A DNA stretch of 64,000 nt. It comes from Burkholderiales bacterium (GTDB lineage Bacteria > Pseudomonadota > Gammaproteobacteria > Burkholderiales > SG8-41). The notes below the pieces were generated by a model. That model had not been told where the DNA came from. It searched no databases and was given only the letters and a program-made list of their open reading frames with translations. The stretch lies in assembly GCA_019751125.1 (NCBI GenBank), contig JAIENU010000017.1:21472-85471 (forward strand). The letters run 5' to 3'. Positions 1 through 8,611 of this stretch are shown one piece after another. The translations under genes were made by a program, and so were the position numbers. Position 1 is the stretch's first letter. Each line of letters opens with the position of its first letter.

Positions 1-1
1 C

Positions 2-2080
2 GGCACCGCGGTGCTGGGTCTGGGCAACATCGGCCCGCTCGCCTCGAAGCCGGTGATGGAAGGCAAGGCGGTGCTGTTCAAGAAATTCGCCGGCATCGAC
101 GTCTTCGACATCGAAATCAACGAGCAGGACCCGCATCGCCTGGTCGATGTCATCGCCGCACTCGAACCGACTTTCGGCGGCATCAACCTCGAGGACATCA
201 AGGCGCCGGAGTGTTTCATCGTCGAGCGCGAGCTGCGCAAGCGCTGCAAGATTCCGGTGTTCCACGATGACCAGCACGGCACCGCGATCACCGTCTGCGC
301 CGCCTTCACCAACGGCCTCAAGGTCGTCGGCAAGGACATCTCGAAAATCAAGCTGGTGGTCTCCGGCGCCGGCGCCGCGGCGCTGGCCTGCCTCGACCTG
401 CTGGTGTCGCTGGGCCTGAAAAAAGAAAACATCACTGTCACCGACATCGTCGGCGTGGTCTACAAGGGCCGTGCCGAGCTGATGGACGCCGACAAGGCGC
501 GTTACGCCGTCGAAACCGATGCGCGCCAGCTCGCCGACGTGATCGCCGGTGCGGATGCCTTCCTCGGCCTCTCGGCGGGCAAGGTGCTCAAGCCCGAGAT
601 GGTCAAGAAGATGGCAGACCGCCCGCTGATCCTGGCACTCGCCAACCCCGAGCCGGAAATCCTGCCCGAGCTGGTGAAGGAAGTGCGCCCCGATGCGGTG
701 ATGGCCACCGGCCGTTCGGACTATCCGAACCAGGTCAACAACGTGCTGTGTTTCCCGTTCATCTTCCGTGGCGCGCTGGATGTCGGCGCGACCACGATCA
801 ACCGCGAAATGGAAATCGCCGCGGTCAACGCGATTGCCGCACTCGCCCAGGCCGAGCAGTCGGACATTGTTGCTGCCGCCTACGGCGAGCAGGACCTCAA
901 GTTCGGCCCTGACTACCTGATTCCGCGGCCCTTTGATCCGCGCCTGATCGAACACGTTGCACCGGCCGTGGCCAAGGCCGCGATGGACAGCGGTGTCGCG
1001 ACGCGCCCGATCACCGACTTCGAGGCCTACAAGCAGCGGCTGAACCGTTTTGTTTACCAGTCCGGCCACATCATGCGTTCGGTGTTCACCGCGGCGAAAA
1101 AGTCGCCCAAGCGCGTGGTCTATGCCGAGGGCGAGGAAGAGCGTTTCCTGCGCGCGGCACAGCAGGTGGCGGACGAGGGCATCGCGCGGCCGATCCTGAT
1201 CGGCCGCCCGGATGTGATCAAGACTCGCATCGAGCGTCTCGGCCTGCGCCTGGTGCGCGACAAACATTACGAAATCGTCGATCCCAACAACGACCCGCGT
1301 TACCGCGACTACTGGACCGAGTACCACCGCCTGACCAGGCGCAAGGGCGTCTCGGTCGAACTCGCCAAGCTCGACATCCGCCGCCGGCCGACGCTGATCG
1401 GCGCGATGATGGTGCACATGGGCGATGCCGACGCGATGCTCTGCGGCATCTTCGGCCAGTACGGCCGCCATCTGCGCACTATCGACCAGGTCATCGGCCG
1501 CCGCGCCGGCGTCAACCATTTCTCGGCGATGAACACGCTGCTGCTGCCTAAGGGCACGGTCTTCATCTGCGACACCTACGTCACCTTCGATCCCACCGCC
1601 GAGCAGATCGCCGAATCGACGATCCTCGCCGCCGAGGAAATGCGCCGCTTCGGCATCACGCCGCGCGCGGCGATGCTGTCGCACTCCAGCTTCGGCGGCA
1701 GCGACAGCGCCACCGCGCTGAAAATGCGCAAGGCCCTCGAACTGGTGATGCAGCTCGACCCCAACCTCGAAATCGAGGGCGAGATGCAGGGCGACATGGC
1801 GCTGTCCGAAGAGATCCGCCTGCGCGCGCTGCCCGACAACCGCTTGAAGGGCATGGCCAACCTGCTGGTGATGCCCAACCTCGACGCCGCGAACATCTCC
1901 TTCAACCTGCTCAAGACCGCGGCCGGTGACGGCATCACCATCGGCCCGATCCTGCTCGGCGCAGCGAAGCCGGTGCACATCATCACGCCGTCCTCCACCG
2001 TGCGCCGCATCGTCAACATGACTGCGCTGTCGGTGGTGGATGCCGGTGCGCAGCGCGGCGAGCAGAAACCGCTGATCTGA
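2..2080 (+). CDS. maeB: NADP-dependent malic enzyme (malic enzyme domain plus phosphate-acetyltransferase-like C-terminal domain); 5' end cut by window edge
   Basis: The ORF 11..2080 stays in frame back to the window start (GTA before VLGLGNIG). It has [33 protein letters not shown] and LANPEPEI motifs and a PTA-like tail of about 330 aa. Confidence 0.93.
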   Translation, partial: GTAVLGLGNIGPLASKPVMEGKAVLFKKFAGIDVFDIEINEQDPHRLVDVIAALEPTFGGINLEDIKAPECFIVERELRKRCKIPVFHDDQHGTAITVCAAFTNGLKVVGKDISKIKLVVSGAGAAALACLDLLVSLGLKKENITVTDIVGVVYKGRAELMDADKARYAVETDARQLADVIAGADAFLGLSAGKVLKPEMVKKMADRPLILALANPEPEILPELVKEVRPDAVMATGRSDYPNQVNNVLCFPFIFRGALDVGATTINREMEIAAVNAIAALAQAEQSDIVAAAYGEQDLKFGPDYLIPRPFDPRLIEHVAPAVAKAAMDSGVATRPITDFEAYKQRLNRFVYQSGHIMRSVFTAAKKSPKRVVYAEGEEERFLRAAQQVADEGIARPILIGRPDVIKTRIERLGLRLVRDKHYEIVDPNNDPRYRDYWTEYHRLTRRKGVSVELAKLDIRRRPTLIGAMMVHMGDADAMLCGIFGQYGRHLRTIDQVIGRRAGVNHFSAMNTLLLPKGTVFICDTYVTFDPTAEQIAESTILAAEEMRRFGITPRAAMLSHSSFGGSDSATALKMRKALELVMQLDPNLEIEGEMQGDMALSEEIRLRALPDNRLKGMANLLVMPNLDAANISFNLLKTAAGDGITIGPILLGAAKPVHIITPSSTVRRIVNMTALSVVDAGAQRGEQKPLI

Positions 2081-2112
2081 ATGCAAGGCTGCAGTGCAGA
2101 GAGTAGAAGTAC

Positions 2113-2144
2113 ATAACCCGTTGTTTTTATTGATTAATTTATAA
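2113..2144 (+). repeat. AT-rich intergenic repeat, copy A (forward orientation)
   Basis: Sequence is ataacccgttgtttttattgattaatttataa. It lies between the maeB stop and the fumC start and is near-identical to copy F (44566-44596). Confidence 0.7.
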
Positions 2145-2154
2145 GCTGACGAAC

Positions 2155-3567
2155 ATGGCCAAATTCCGCATCGAACACGACACGATGGGCGAGATCGACG
2201 TGCCCGACAACATGCTGTGGGGCGCGCAGACGCAGCGCAGCCTGCACCACTTCCATTTTCCCGGCGAGACCATGCCGCTGCCGGTGGTGCACGCGCAGGT
2301 GCTGGTGAAAAAAGCCGCCGCACTCACCAACATGGCGCTGGGCGTGCTCGACAAGAAAAAAGGTGCGGCCATCGTCAAGGCTGCTGACGAAGCGCTGGCC
2401 GGCCAGTGGAACGACCACTTCCCGCTGGTGGTGTGGCAGACCGGCTCCGGCACCCAGACCAACATGAACGTCAACGAAGTGCTGGCCAACCGCGCCTCTG
2501 AAATCCTCGGCGGCAAACGTGGCGCCGCGCGCCTGGTGCACGAGAACGACGACGTCAACAAGGGCCAGTCGTCCAATGACACCTTCCCCACCGCAATGCA
2601 CGTCGCCGCGGTGATCGCGCTGGAAAAAGACCTCAAGCCCGCAGTGAAGAAGCTGCGCAACACGCTGGACAAGAAGGCCAAGTCCTTCATGAACATCGTC
2701 AAGATCGGCCGCACCCACCTGCAGGATGCGACGCCGCTGACGCTGGGCCAGGAATTCTCCGGCTATGTCGCCCAGCTCGACCACGCACTGAAACACATCG
2801 ACGCCAGCAAGCCGCACCTCTGCGAACTCGCCCTCGGCGGCACCGCCGTCGGCACCGGCCTGAATGCCCATCCGAAATTTGCCAAGGACGTTGCCGCGCA
2901 ACTGAAGAAACTGACGGGCCTGCCCTTCGTCACCGCGCCGAACAAGTTCGAGGCGCTGGGCTCCTGCGACGGCGTCGTCGCCGCCCACGGCGCGCTGAAA
3001 ATGCTCGCCGCCGCGCTGATGAAAATCGCCAACGACGTGCGCTGGCTGGCCAGCGGCCCGCGCTGCGGCATCGGCGAACTCTCCATCCCGGAAAACGAGC
3101 CGGGCTCCTCGATCATGCCGGGCAAGGTCAACCCGACCCAGTCCGAATCGATGACCATGGCCTGCTGCCAGGTCTTCGGCAATGACGTCGCGATCAACGT
3201 CGGCGGCTCGATGGGCAACTTCGAGCTCAACGTGTTTCGCCCGATGGTGATCCGCAACTTCATGCACAGCGCCCACCTGCTGGCGCATGCCTGCGAGAAC
3301 TTCGAGGAACACTGCGCCATCGGCATCGAACCCAACCGCGAACGCATCGACCAGCTGATGCGCGAATCACTGATGCTGGTGACCGCGCTCAACCCGCACA
3401 TCGGCTACGCCAAGGCCGCCGCCATCGCCAAGAACGCCCACAAGAAAGGCCTGACGCTGAAGGAATCGGCGATCCAGCTCGGCCACCTGACCAGCGCCCA
3501 GTTCGACCAGTGGGTCAAGCCGGAGAGCATGGTGGGGATGAAGATCAAGGTGGCGAAGAAGAAGTAA
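2155..3567 (+). CDS. fumC: class II fumarate hydratase
   Basis: 470 aa. The N-terminus [17 protein letters not shown] and the signature [15 protein letters not shown] are typical of FumC. Confidence 0.96.
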   Translation: MAKFRIEHDTMGEIDVPDNMLWGAQTQRSLHHFHFPGETMPLPVVHAQVLVKKAAALTNMALGVLDKKKGAAIVKAADEALAGQWNDHFPLVVWQTGSGTQTNMNVNEVLANRASEILGGKRGAARLVHENDDVNKGQSSNDTFPTAMHVAAVIALEKDLKPAVKKLRNTLDKKAKSFMNIVKIGRTHLQDATPLTLGQEFSGYVAQLDHALKHIDASKPHLCELALGGTAVGTGLNAHPKFAKDVAAQLKKLTGLPFVTAPNKFEALGSCDGVVAAHGALKMLAAALMKIANDVRWLASGPRCGIGELSIPENEPGSSIMPGKVNPTQSESMTMACCQVFGNDVAINVGGSMGNFELNVFRPMVIRNFMHSAHLLAHACENFEEHCAIGIEPNRERIDQLMRESLMLVTALNPHIGYAKAAAIAKNAHKKGLTLKESAIQLGHLTSAQFDQWVKPESMVGMKIKVAKKK

Positions 3568-3586
3568 GTTTCAGTAGCTTCAAATT

Positions 3587-3624
3587 AAAACGCCCACCGG
3601 CGGGAGTCGGTGGGCGTTTTGTTT
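3587..3624 (+). terminator. rho-independent terminator of fumC
   Basis: Hairpin acgcccaccg / cggtgggcgt followed by ttttgttt, about 20 nt after the fumC stop. Confidence 0.85.
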
Positions 3625-3662
3625 AACACTATCGAGGCGGTACTTTTGATGTCTGTAGATAT

Positions 3663-4313
3663 TTATCGGTTGAACTGACATACCTCTCTGAATCGAACCA
3701 TGCGGAATCGAGGTTTCTTGTTGCTAAACGGTTCACGTATGCTTGCCGCCCTGGTTCGAGTAGAGACTGCTTTATCGATATGCCCCGCCTTTTCTAATGC
3801 AAGTGCAAAATCGTCGAGAACGTCGCTAAGCTGCAGCGGGTCCGCACGCAATATGCCAAGTTCTTCCGCCAGTGAAATTGCTTTTTCGAAGTAACTGACG
3901 GATGCCGGATAATTTTCCTGGTCATATGTGAGAACCGCGAGAGCTGAGGATATTTTCATTACGGTCGATCTACGTCTCACTGCCGAATCACTGGCGCGTC
4001 CTGAATTCGGTCTTGATTCCTCAAGCCCGAGTGCTTCTTTTAGGGTTTTTTCGGCGGCCGGATAGTCGCACAGATAACCCTGCATTCGACCTAAATTAAG
4101 CATGGAATTCGAGATAAATTCCTCGGGTAATTTGTTGATCCTTGCTGTATTCAGCGCATTCTCGTAGAGCTCTTTTGCTTCACTGTAATTTTTTGCTGAA
4201 TCAGCACGCAGCCCAGCTTCATACAAGCGGTGAAATGTTGATTCATTTGATGCAAAGGCGGAATGAGTTGTGGCTAATAACAGGAAAACAACTACCCATT
4301 GAATGATTGGCAT
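3663..4313 (-). CDS. secreted TPR-like repeat protein (orphan, low-GC)
   Basis: Signal peptide MPIIQWVVVFLLLATTHSAFA is followed by TPR-like helical pairs (YSEAKELYENAL, YPAAEKTLKEAL, YPASVSYFEKAI). The start at 4313 has an upstream aaggg. An alternative ATG at 4346 lies inside the 18-nt repeat. Confidence 0.7.
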   Translation of the reverse strand: MPIIQWVVVFLLLATTHSAFASNESTFHRLYEAGLRADSAKNYSEAKELYENALNTARINKLPEEFISNSMLNLGRMQGYLCDYPAAEKTLKEALGLEESRPNSGRASDSAVRRRSTVMKISSALAVLTYDQENYPASVSYFEKAISLAEELGILRADPLQLSDVLDDFALALEKAGHIDKAVSTRTRAASIREPFSNKKPRFRMVRFREVCQFNR

Positions 4314-4343
4314 TATTTGGGCCCTTATGAGCTCAGATGGGTG

Positions 4344-4395
4344 CATTAATAGGGGACAGACCACGATTAATGGGCTGTGAAAATCGTGGTCTGTC
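4344..4395. repeat. 18-nt repeat (cattaataggggacagac, copy 1) fused to a 14-bp-stem hairpin
   Basis: The 18-mer at 4344-4361 is identical to 4787-4804. The arms gacagaccacgatt (4355-4368) and aatcgtggtctgtc (4382-4395) are perfectly complementary. Confidence 0.8.
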
Positions 4396-4429
4396 ACCTA
4401 TTTAAGGAACGTTTCACGTGAGGTGCTTG

Positions 4430-4771
4430 CTAGGGAGCGGATGGCACATATCTCCAGCATTCAATGGGGTCACTGCCATAGTTCCATGATTGGAGAGTAG
4501 AGTCATTGTTACTTGTTACGAGAGTAATTCGACAGGAATTGTAATGCTGAGTCAGCAGGAATGATGTTGAGTTTTCAGTCACGGTCTTTGCCAGAATCAC
4601 TCCATCAAAAAGCTTTTCAACGGGTAGGTGTTTGCCAACCCAAGAGTTCCAGTAGTCTTCTAGCCGTTTCTTTCTTATTTCCTCCGTAGACAAAGCGCGG
4701 TCGGTTAGCGGTATTGCTAAGCATCCAGGCAGAGTAATGGCAAAAATTGCCATTGAAAGCAGTTTGCGCAT
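4430..4771 (-). CDS. small lipoprotein, unknown family (low-GC)
   Basis: MRKLLSMAIFAITLPGC carries a lipobox. No recognisable domain. An alternative ATG at 4789 lies inside copy 2 of the 18-nt repeat. Confidence 0.6.
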   Translation of the reverse strand: MRKLLSMAIFAITLPGCLAIPLTDRALSTEEIRKKRLEDYWNSWVGKHLPVEKLFDGVILAKTVTENSTSFLLTQHYNSCRITLVTSNNDSTLQSWNYGSDPIECWRYVPSAP

Positions 4772-4786
4772 ATCAGTAAATGGAGT

Positions 4787-4804
4787 CATTAATAGGGGAC
4801 AGAC
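4787..4804. repeat. 18-nt repeat copy 2, abutting the IS end
   Basis: cattaataggggacagac is identical to 4344-4361. The similarity stops exactly where the IS terminal repeat starts (4805). Confidence 0.8.
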
Positions 4805-4945
4805 TGAGGTATCCCGGGTTGTACGGACACCGTAGTTAAGCACCACGCCATTGTCGCTCAATCTGCTCGGGGGTGCGGTAGCCGAGCGTTTGATGAATCC
4901 GCTTGCGGTTGTAAATCAGCTCGATGTAATCAAACAGATTAAAGG
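4805..4945 (-). mobile_element. IS3-family insertion sequence remnant (last ~36 codons of the OrfB transposase plus a terminal inverted repeat)
   Basis: The minus-strand translation is NLFDYIELIYNRKRIHQTLGYRTPEQIERQWRGA*, which matches the conserved C-terminal end of IS3-family DDE transposases. The outer end tgaggtatcccgggttgtacggacac (4805-4830) starts with TG, as IS3-family ends do. Everything 5' of about 4945 is missing. Confidence 0.75.
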
Positions 4946-5079
4946 GGCCAGGATAGACTTTCTCAATTTCACGCAAGTAACCCCACCCTGGCCCCTTTGA
5001 CGTTCTTTGTATGAATGGTTCTAACGTTTTAATTGTGGGATGTTGATAGGGGTCCGCGCCAATGAAAAGATAGACGTCA

Positions 5080-5658
5080 CTACTTATCCGCGAAGAACTC
5101 GTCTGCTTCTTTGAGAAAGTTCTCGTAATACTGCAAGCCCACCTCGGCGACTGAAATGATGTTCTCGGGGTCCAGTATATTGCCTAGGTGCTTTCGAGGG
5201 ATATCAAAGGTAACTCCCCGATTCACTACCGGTAGCAACTTGATCCGTGCTGGGTTGAAGACAACGCCAATCGTACCCGTGGTTTCCGCAGTAGCAACAC
5301 CATCGCTAAAAATTCGCAGATTACGGATTGTTCCGCCCTGTTGGCCTGGAATAATCGTGATATTTGATTGCTCATGTCCCACGATATCCGAAACAGTGTG
5401 TTCGTCGGCGCCTCGCGCGTTGCGCAAGTATGAAAGGAGAGGATCGTCCTTTCGTTCCTTCTCGAAGCGTGCCTGCCACCTGTGCCATTTGGGGCTCTTT
5501 TTGTAATGCGCAAATGTTTTAAACCAAATGCGCTCAAGCCGACCCAAATATTCCTTCCAGTGGTCCTCTAGTTCAGGGAGCGTTCCGCTACCCTTCATGC
5601 CTGCAACTGAGTCACGGGCGCGAGAAAGTTCCTCATAAAGTTTCGGTGATGACTTCAT
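5080..5658 (-). CDS. hypothetical protein, 192 aa, no recognisable family (low-GC)
   Basis: Clean ORF with low-GC codon usage. No signal peptide or known motif recognised. Confidence 0.55.
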   Translation of the reverse strand: MKSSPKLYEELSRARDSVAGMKGSGTLPELEDHWKEYLGRLERIWFKTFAHYKKSPKWHRWQARFEKERKDDPLLSYLRNARGADEHTVSDIVGHEQSNITIIPGQQGGTIRNLRIFSDGVATAETTGTIGVVFNPARIKLLPVVNRGVTFDIPRKHLGNILDPENIISVAEVGLQYYENFLKEADEFFADK

Positions 5659-5699
5659 GGTTGTAGTGACGTCTAATTTGTTTATAAGGCAAATACGCG

Positions 5700-5730
5700 G
5701 GATAACATCCCGGTGAGATGGATAACATCC
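5700..5730. promoter_or_regulatory. two copies of the palindromic site GGATAACATCC, 20 bp apart, upstream of the 192-aa ORF
   Basis: ggataacatcc occurs at 5700-5710 and 5720-5730, which is 42-72 nt upstream of the start codon at 5658. Confidence 0.4.
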
Positions 5731-5930
5731 TGATGCAACTAAAGGTGCCGGAGTCGATATCTTTTTGCCAGGTTGGTAGCGGTGCGGTAAGCGACGAAAA
5801 GTACCGGAGTCGATTTTTCGAGGTGGCGCTACTCAATTTAATTCGCTGATTTAACCACTTGGATGTTGGAGCCCTCATTTTCAATTGGCCTCAGAAAGTA
5901 CCCCGTCACCTCCGAAAAACCGCCTCCGTA

Positions 5931-6401
5931 TCATACGTTTTGACGCCCCGCGATGGCGTGGTGCATCAGGCAGTACGGCCCATCCGCGCCATGCCCCTCA
6001 CCGATGACCGCCCAGCCCCGCGACTGGTAGAAGGCCATCGCGTTGACGTTCTCTTTCACGCATTTCAGCGTCGGGGTTTTGGAACAATACTTCGCACAGC
6101 CGGCCAGCAGTGCAGTGCCTACGCCGCGCCGGAATGCGGAGGGGTGCACAAACAGGTGGTGCAAAAAGCTGTCCGGGGCCCAGATCGAGGCGAAGCCCAC
6201 AATCCCGCCCTCGGCGAGGGCCACCAGGATGATTTCGCCTACGGTGTCCCGGTCAAAGTCGAGCAGTTGGTGGGCGTTGGAGGGATTCCAATGGAAGGCG
6301 GCGTTGCGGGATGCCACATACAGATGCCGCAGCGCCGGCCGGTCGGCTTCTTCAAATTCGCGCACCGTGATCTTCAGGGCGCTGCCTGACGCTGCCATCA
6401 T
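5931..6401 (-). CDS. GNAT family N-acetyltransferase
   Basis: Acetyl-CoA binding motif HPSAFRRGVGTALL and a GNAT-like beta-bulge region. It overlaps the upstream ATPase gene by 4 nt (ATGA). Confidence 0.85.
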   Translation of the reverse strand: MMAASGSALKITVREFEEADRPALRHLYVASRNAAFHWNPSNAHQLLDFDRDTVGEIILVALAEGGIVGFASIWAPDSFLHHLFVHPSAFRRGVGTALLAGCAKYCSKTPTLKCVKENVNAMAFYQSRGWAVIGEGHGADGPYCLMHHAIAGRQNV

Positions 6402-6895
6402 TCGCCGCTTGGAACCGGTTGGATATTGAAGCCCTCCGCATCCGTCGGCGGCTGAAAGTGGCGGGTCACCTCCCGAAACACCGCGGCTGTATCAAACCGC
6501 GCCCGCTCCGGCTGGCTTGAGGCCCGCGCGGCAATCCGCTGCAGGCAGGTGGCATCATCCACGTGGAGGTAGATCAGCCGATGCGGGATGCAGTTGGGCT
6601 CGAAGATTTCGCGGAACCACTGGCGTTGCGTGACGGTATTCGCCGGAAAATCCATGACCACCGGCACGCCGGCTTTGAGGAGGCCGCGCACATGCGCGCC
6701 GAGCACGGACTTCAGGCGGCGCGAGCAGCGGATGTAGTCATCGAGGCCGTGGATCTCGTCGAGGTAGAGCGCGGCGAGCCATTCGTCCTCGGACAGCAGC
6801 AGGGCATTCATCTCGGTGGCCATACGCTTAGCGAGCGTGGATTTGCCGGCGCCCATCTTGCCGCAGAAAAAAACCAGTTCGCTTTGCGCAGTCAT
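6398..6895 (-). CDS. P-loop kinase-like ATP-binding protein (AAA_33 / zeta-toxin-fold-like)
   Basis: Walker A motif GKMGAGKST near the N-terminus. 165 aa, with a small-molecule-kinase-like size and layout. Confidence 0.7.
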   Translation of the reverse strand: MTAQSELVFFCGKMGAGKSTLAKRMATEMNALLLSEDEWLAALYLDEIHGLDDYIRCSRRLKSVLGAHVRGLLKAGVPVVMDFPANTVTQRQWFREIFEPNCIPHRLIYLHVDDATCLQRIAARASSQPERARFDTAAVFREVTRHFQPPTDAEGFNIQPVPSGE

Positions 6896-6988
6896 CGCGT
6901 TCAGTTCGCTCGATTCATATGGACAGCTATTGTTCGGTAGTGCGGTATTGAAATCCAGTGCGGACGAATTTAAGACGCACCCTATTAT

Positions 6989-7021
6989 TTGATAAATTAT
7001 TCAATAAAAACAATGACTTAT
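6989..7021 (-). repeat. AT-rich intergenic repeat, copy B (reverse orientation)
   Basis: ttgataaattattcaataaaaacaatgacttat. It shares 19 identical nt (caataaaaacaatgactta) with copy C. Confidence 0.7.
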
Positions 7022-7051
7022 GATTAATTTGCGTGTGATGAGCATTGACAT

Positions 7052-7567
7052 ATGCCACCCCTGAACCCCGAAAGCCCGCTCCGCTCACTGATGGAAACTT
7101 TCCCCATCGAAGGTCGCCTCGAATGGATCGGCCTGCGCCCGGGCCGGCGAGCACCGTTGTTGGCGATGAACCATGTAGAGGTCATCGCCGACCACGGCCT
7201 TGCCGGTGACCACAAGGCACAACGCGCCGGCGGCAAGCGCCAGGTCACGCTGATCCAGCGCGAACATCTGGCGGCGGTGGCGCAGTTGCTGCGGCGCGAG
7301 GCCATCGATCCGGCGCTGCTGCGGCGGAACCTGCTGGTGTCAGGCATAAACCTGCACGCGCTGCGCGGCGAGCACTTTCGCATCGGCGCGGTGGTGCTGG
7401 AAGGTACCGGCCCCTGCGAGCCCTGTTCAAGAATGGAGGAGGTGCTGGGCGCCGGCGGTTACAACGCGATGCGCGGCCACGGTGGCATCGCCGCGCGGGT
7501 GATCACCGGTGGGGTGATTGCGGTGGGGGATGGCGTGGTTTTTGAGCAAGAAAAAAGCCCCGGGTGA
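7052..7567 (+). CDS. MOSC domain-containing protein
   Basis: 171 aa. Has GLAGDHKA, the conserved RRNLLVSGINL, and the GPCEPCSRME cysteine motif of MOSC domains. Confidence 0.85.
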   Translation: MPPLNPESPLRSLMETFPIEGRLEWIGLRPGRRAPLLAMNHVEVIADHGLAGDHKAQRAGGKRQVTLIQREHLAAVAQLLRREAIDPALLRRNLLVSGINLHALRGEHFRIGAVVLEGTGPCEPCSRMEEVLGAGGYNAMRGHGGIAARVITGGVIAVGDGVVFEQEKSPG

Positions 7568-7584
7568 GGGGGCTTTGTGATTTT
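7551..7584 (+). terminator. rho-independent terminator overlapping the MOSC stop codon
   Basis: aaaaaagcccc-gggtga-ggggct followed by ttgtgatttt. An A-tract upstream could make it bidirectional. Confidence 0.7.
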
Positions 7585-7631
7585 GGCGGGCCCTTCGACA
7601 AGCTCAGGGCGAACGGCGCGTTTGAAGCTGT

Positions 7632-7883
7632 TTAATTGATCGCCAGAATCTTCTTCGCCTTCGCCAGCGTATCCATCGACTCCTGGTGTTTCCCGGCCTT
7701 GTGGAAGGCTTCGCCTTCGGCGCGGAATTTCTTGGCGTCGGCCATCTGATCGGCACTGAGTTTCGGGTTTTTCGACATCGCTTCGTCGATCTTTTTCATT
7801 TCCAGCGGGCAGCTGTGTGCGAATGCGGCGCCGCTCAGTGCGATGAGTGCAGCGGCGGTGCCGGCAAGCAGTATCGATTTCAT
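7632..7883 (-). CDS. small secreted protein, unknown function
   Basis: Signal peptide MKSILLAGTAAALIALSGAAFA. A gaggag RBS sits 7 nt upstream of the ATG at 7883. The mature part is lysine/alanine-rich and helical. Confidence 0.65.
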   Translation of the reverse strand: MKSILLAGTAAALIALSGAAFAHSCPLEMKKIDEAMSKNPKLSADQMADAKKFRAEGEAFHKAGKHQESMDTLAKAKKILAIN

Positions 7884-7966
7884 GGGGGGCTCCTCAGGGG
7901 TTGTGGGGTGTTGCAACATCAGTCTGGCATAAACCGCCGGGGGCTTGCAGGTAGAATCGAATCGTC

Positions 7967-8611
7967 ATGCTGATTGACCCGGAAATGGACGCAAAAACCG
8001 ACCAGAAAACCGTGGCCCTGATCACCCCGGAGCAGGTGCGTGCGGCCTTGCTGCGGCCACCGCCGCCGCCGGAATCGGAAGACCTGCACATGATCGCATT
8101 GCGCGAGGGCATGGCCGCGACCGAGGCCGCGGTGCTGGTGCCGCTGGTGCGCCGCGCCCACGGTGTGCAGGTGCTGCTGACCCAGCGCACCGAGCACCTG
8201 CGCGACCACGGCGGTCAGATCAGTTTTCCCGGCGGGCGGGTCGAGCCCGAGGACCCGGACCGTGAAACCACGGCGCTGCGCGAGATGACGGAAGAGGTCG
8301 GCATCGGCGCGGACCGGGTGACGCTGCTCGGCCGGCTGCCGCGTTACGACATTCCCTCGGGCTTTCGCATCACGCCGGTGGTGGGCTGGCTGGAACCGCC
8401 CTTTGATGTGCAACCCGATGCCTTCGAGGTGGCCGAGGTGTTCGAGGCGCCGCTGGAGTATTTTCTGGAGGCGGCGCATTACCAGCGGCGCCAGTATCAC
8501 TTCCGCGGCCGGCACCGCCATTACCTGGCGATACCGTACGAGGGGCGTTACATCTGGGGCGCCACCGCGGGCATGTTGTACAGCCTGTGCCGGGTGATCC
8601 ATGGCCGCTGA
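7967..8611 (+). CDS. nudL: NUDIX hydrolase, CoA pyrophosphatase type
   Basis: Nudix box GGRVEPEDPDRETTALREMTEEVGI preceded by LLTQRTEHLRDHGGQISFPGG, which is typical of CoA pyrophosphatases. Confidence 0.85.
   Translation: MLIDPEMDAKTDQKTVALITPEQVRAALLRPPPPPESEDLHMIALREGMAATEAAVLVPLVRRAHGVQVLLTQRTEHLRDHGGQISFPGGRVEPEDPDRETTALREMTEEVGIGADRVTLLGRLPRYDIPSGFRITPVVGWLEPPFDVQPDAFEVAEVFEAPLEYFLEAAHYQRRQYHFRGRHRHYLAIPYEGRYIWGATAGMLYSLCRVIHGR

Noticed and set aside
2134-3312. Long antisense ORFs opposite well-supported genes. Examples: 2134..3312 opposite fumC, 8987..10234 opposite patatin, 13167..14390 opposite the M48 protease, 15426..16165 and 16150..17025 opposite pgi, 24878..26041 opposite the BNR gene, 50149..51231 opposite thiolase, 57593..59248 opposite cynA.
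   Set aside because: These are typical high-GC artefacts. Their translations are Arg/Ala/Gly/Pro-rich low-complexity strings with no motifs. Each is fully contained in a gene on the other strand that has clear family signatures.
4941-4998. The 12-bp-stem hairpin with a 34-nt loop as an intrinsic terminator of the 192-aa ORF.
   Set aside because: The loop is too large and there is no U-tract. It may instead mark the deletion junction of the IS remnant. It is only mentioned under the orphan ORF finding.
5633-5884. The 83-aa ORF in the islet spacer, and other short ORFs in spacers (for example 36372..36599, 6927..7154).
   Set aside because: No RBS, no motifs, and they overlap the repeat or operator regions. 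More likely non-coding.
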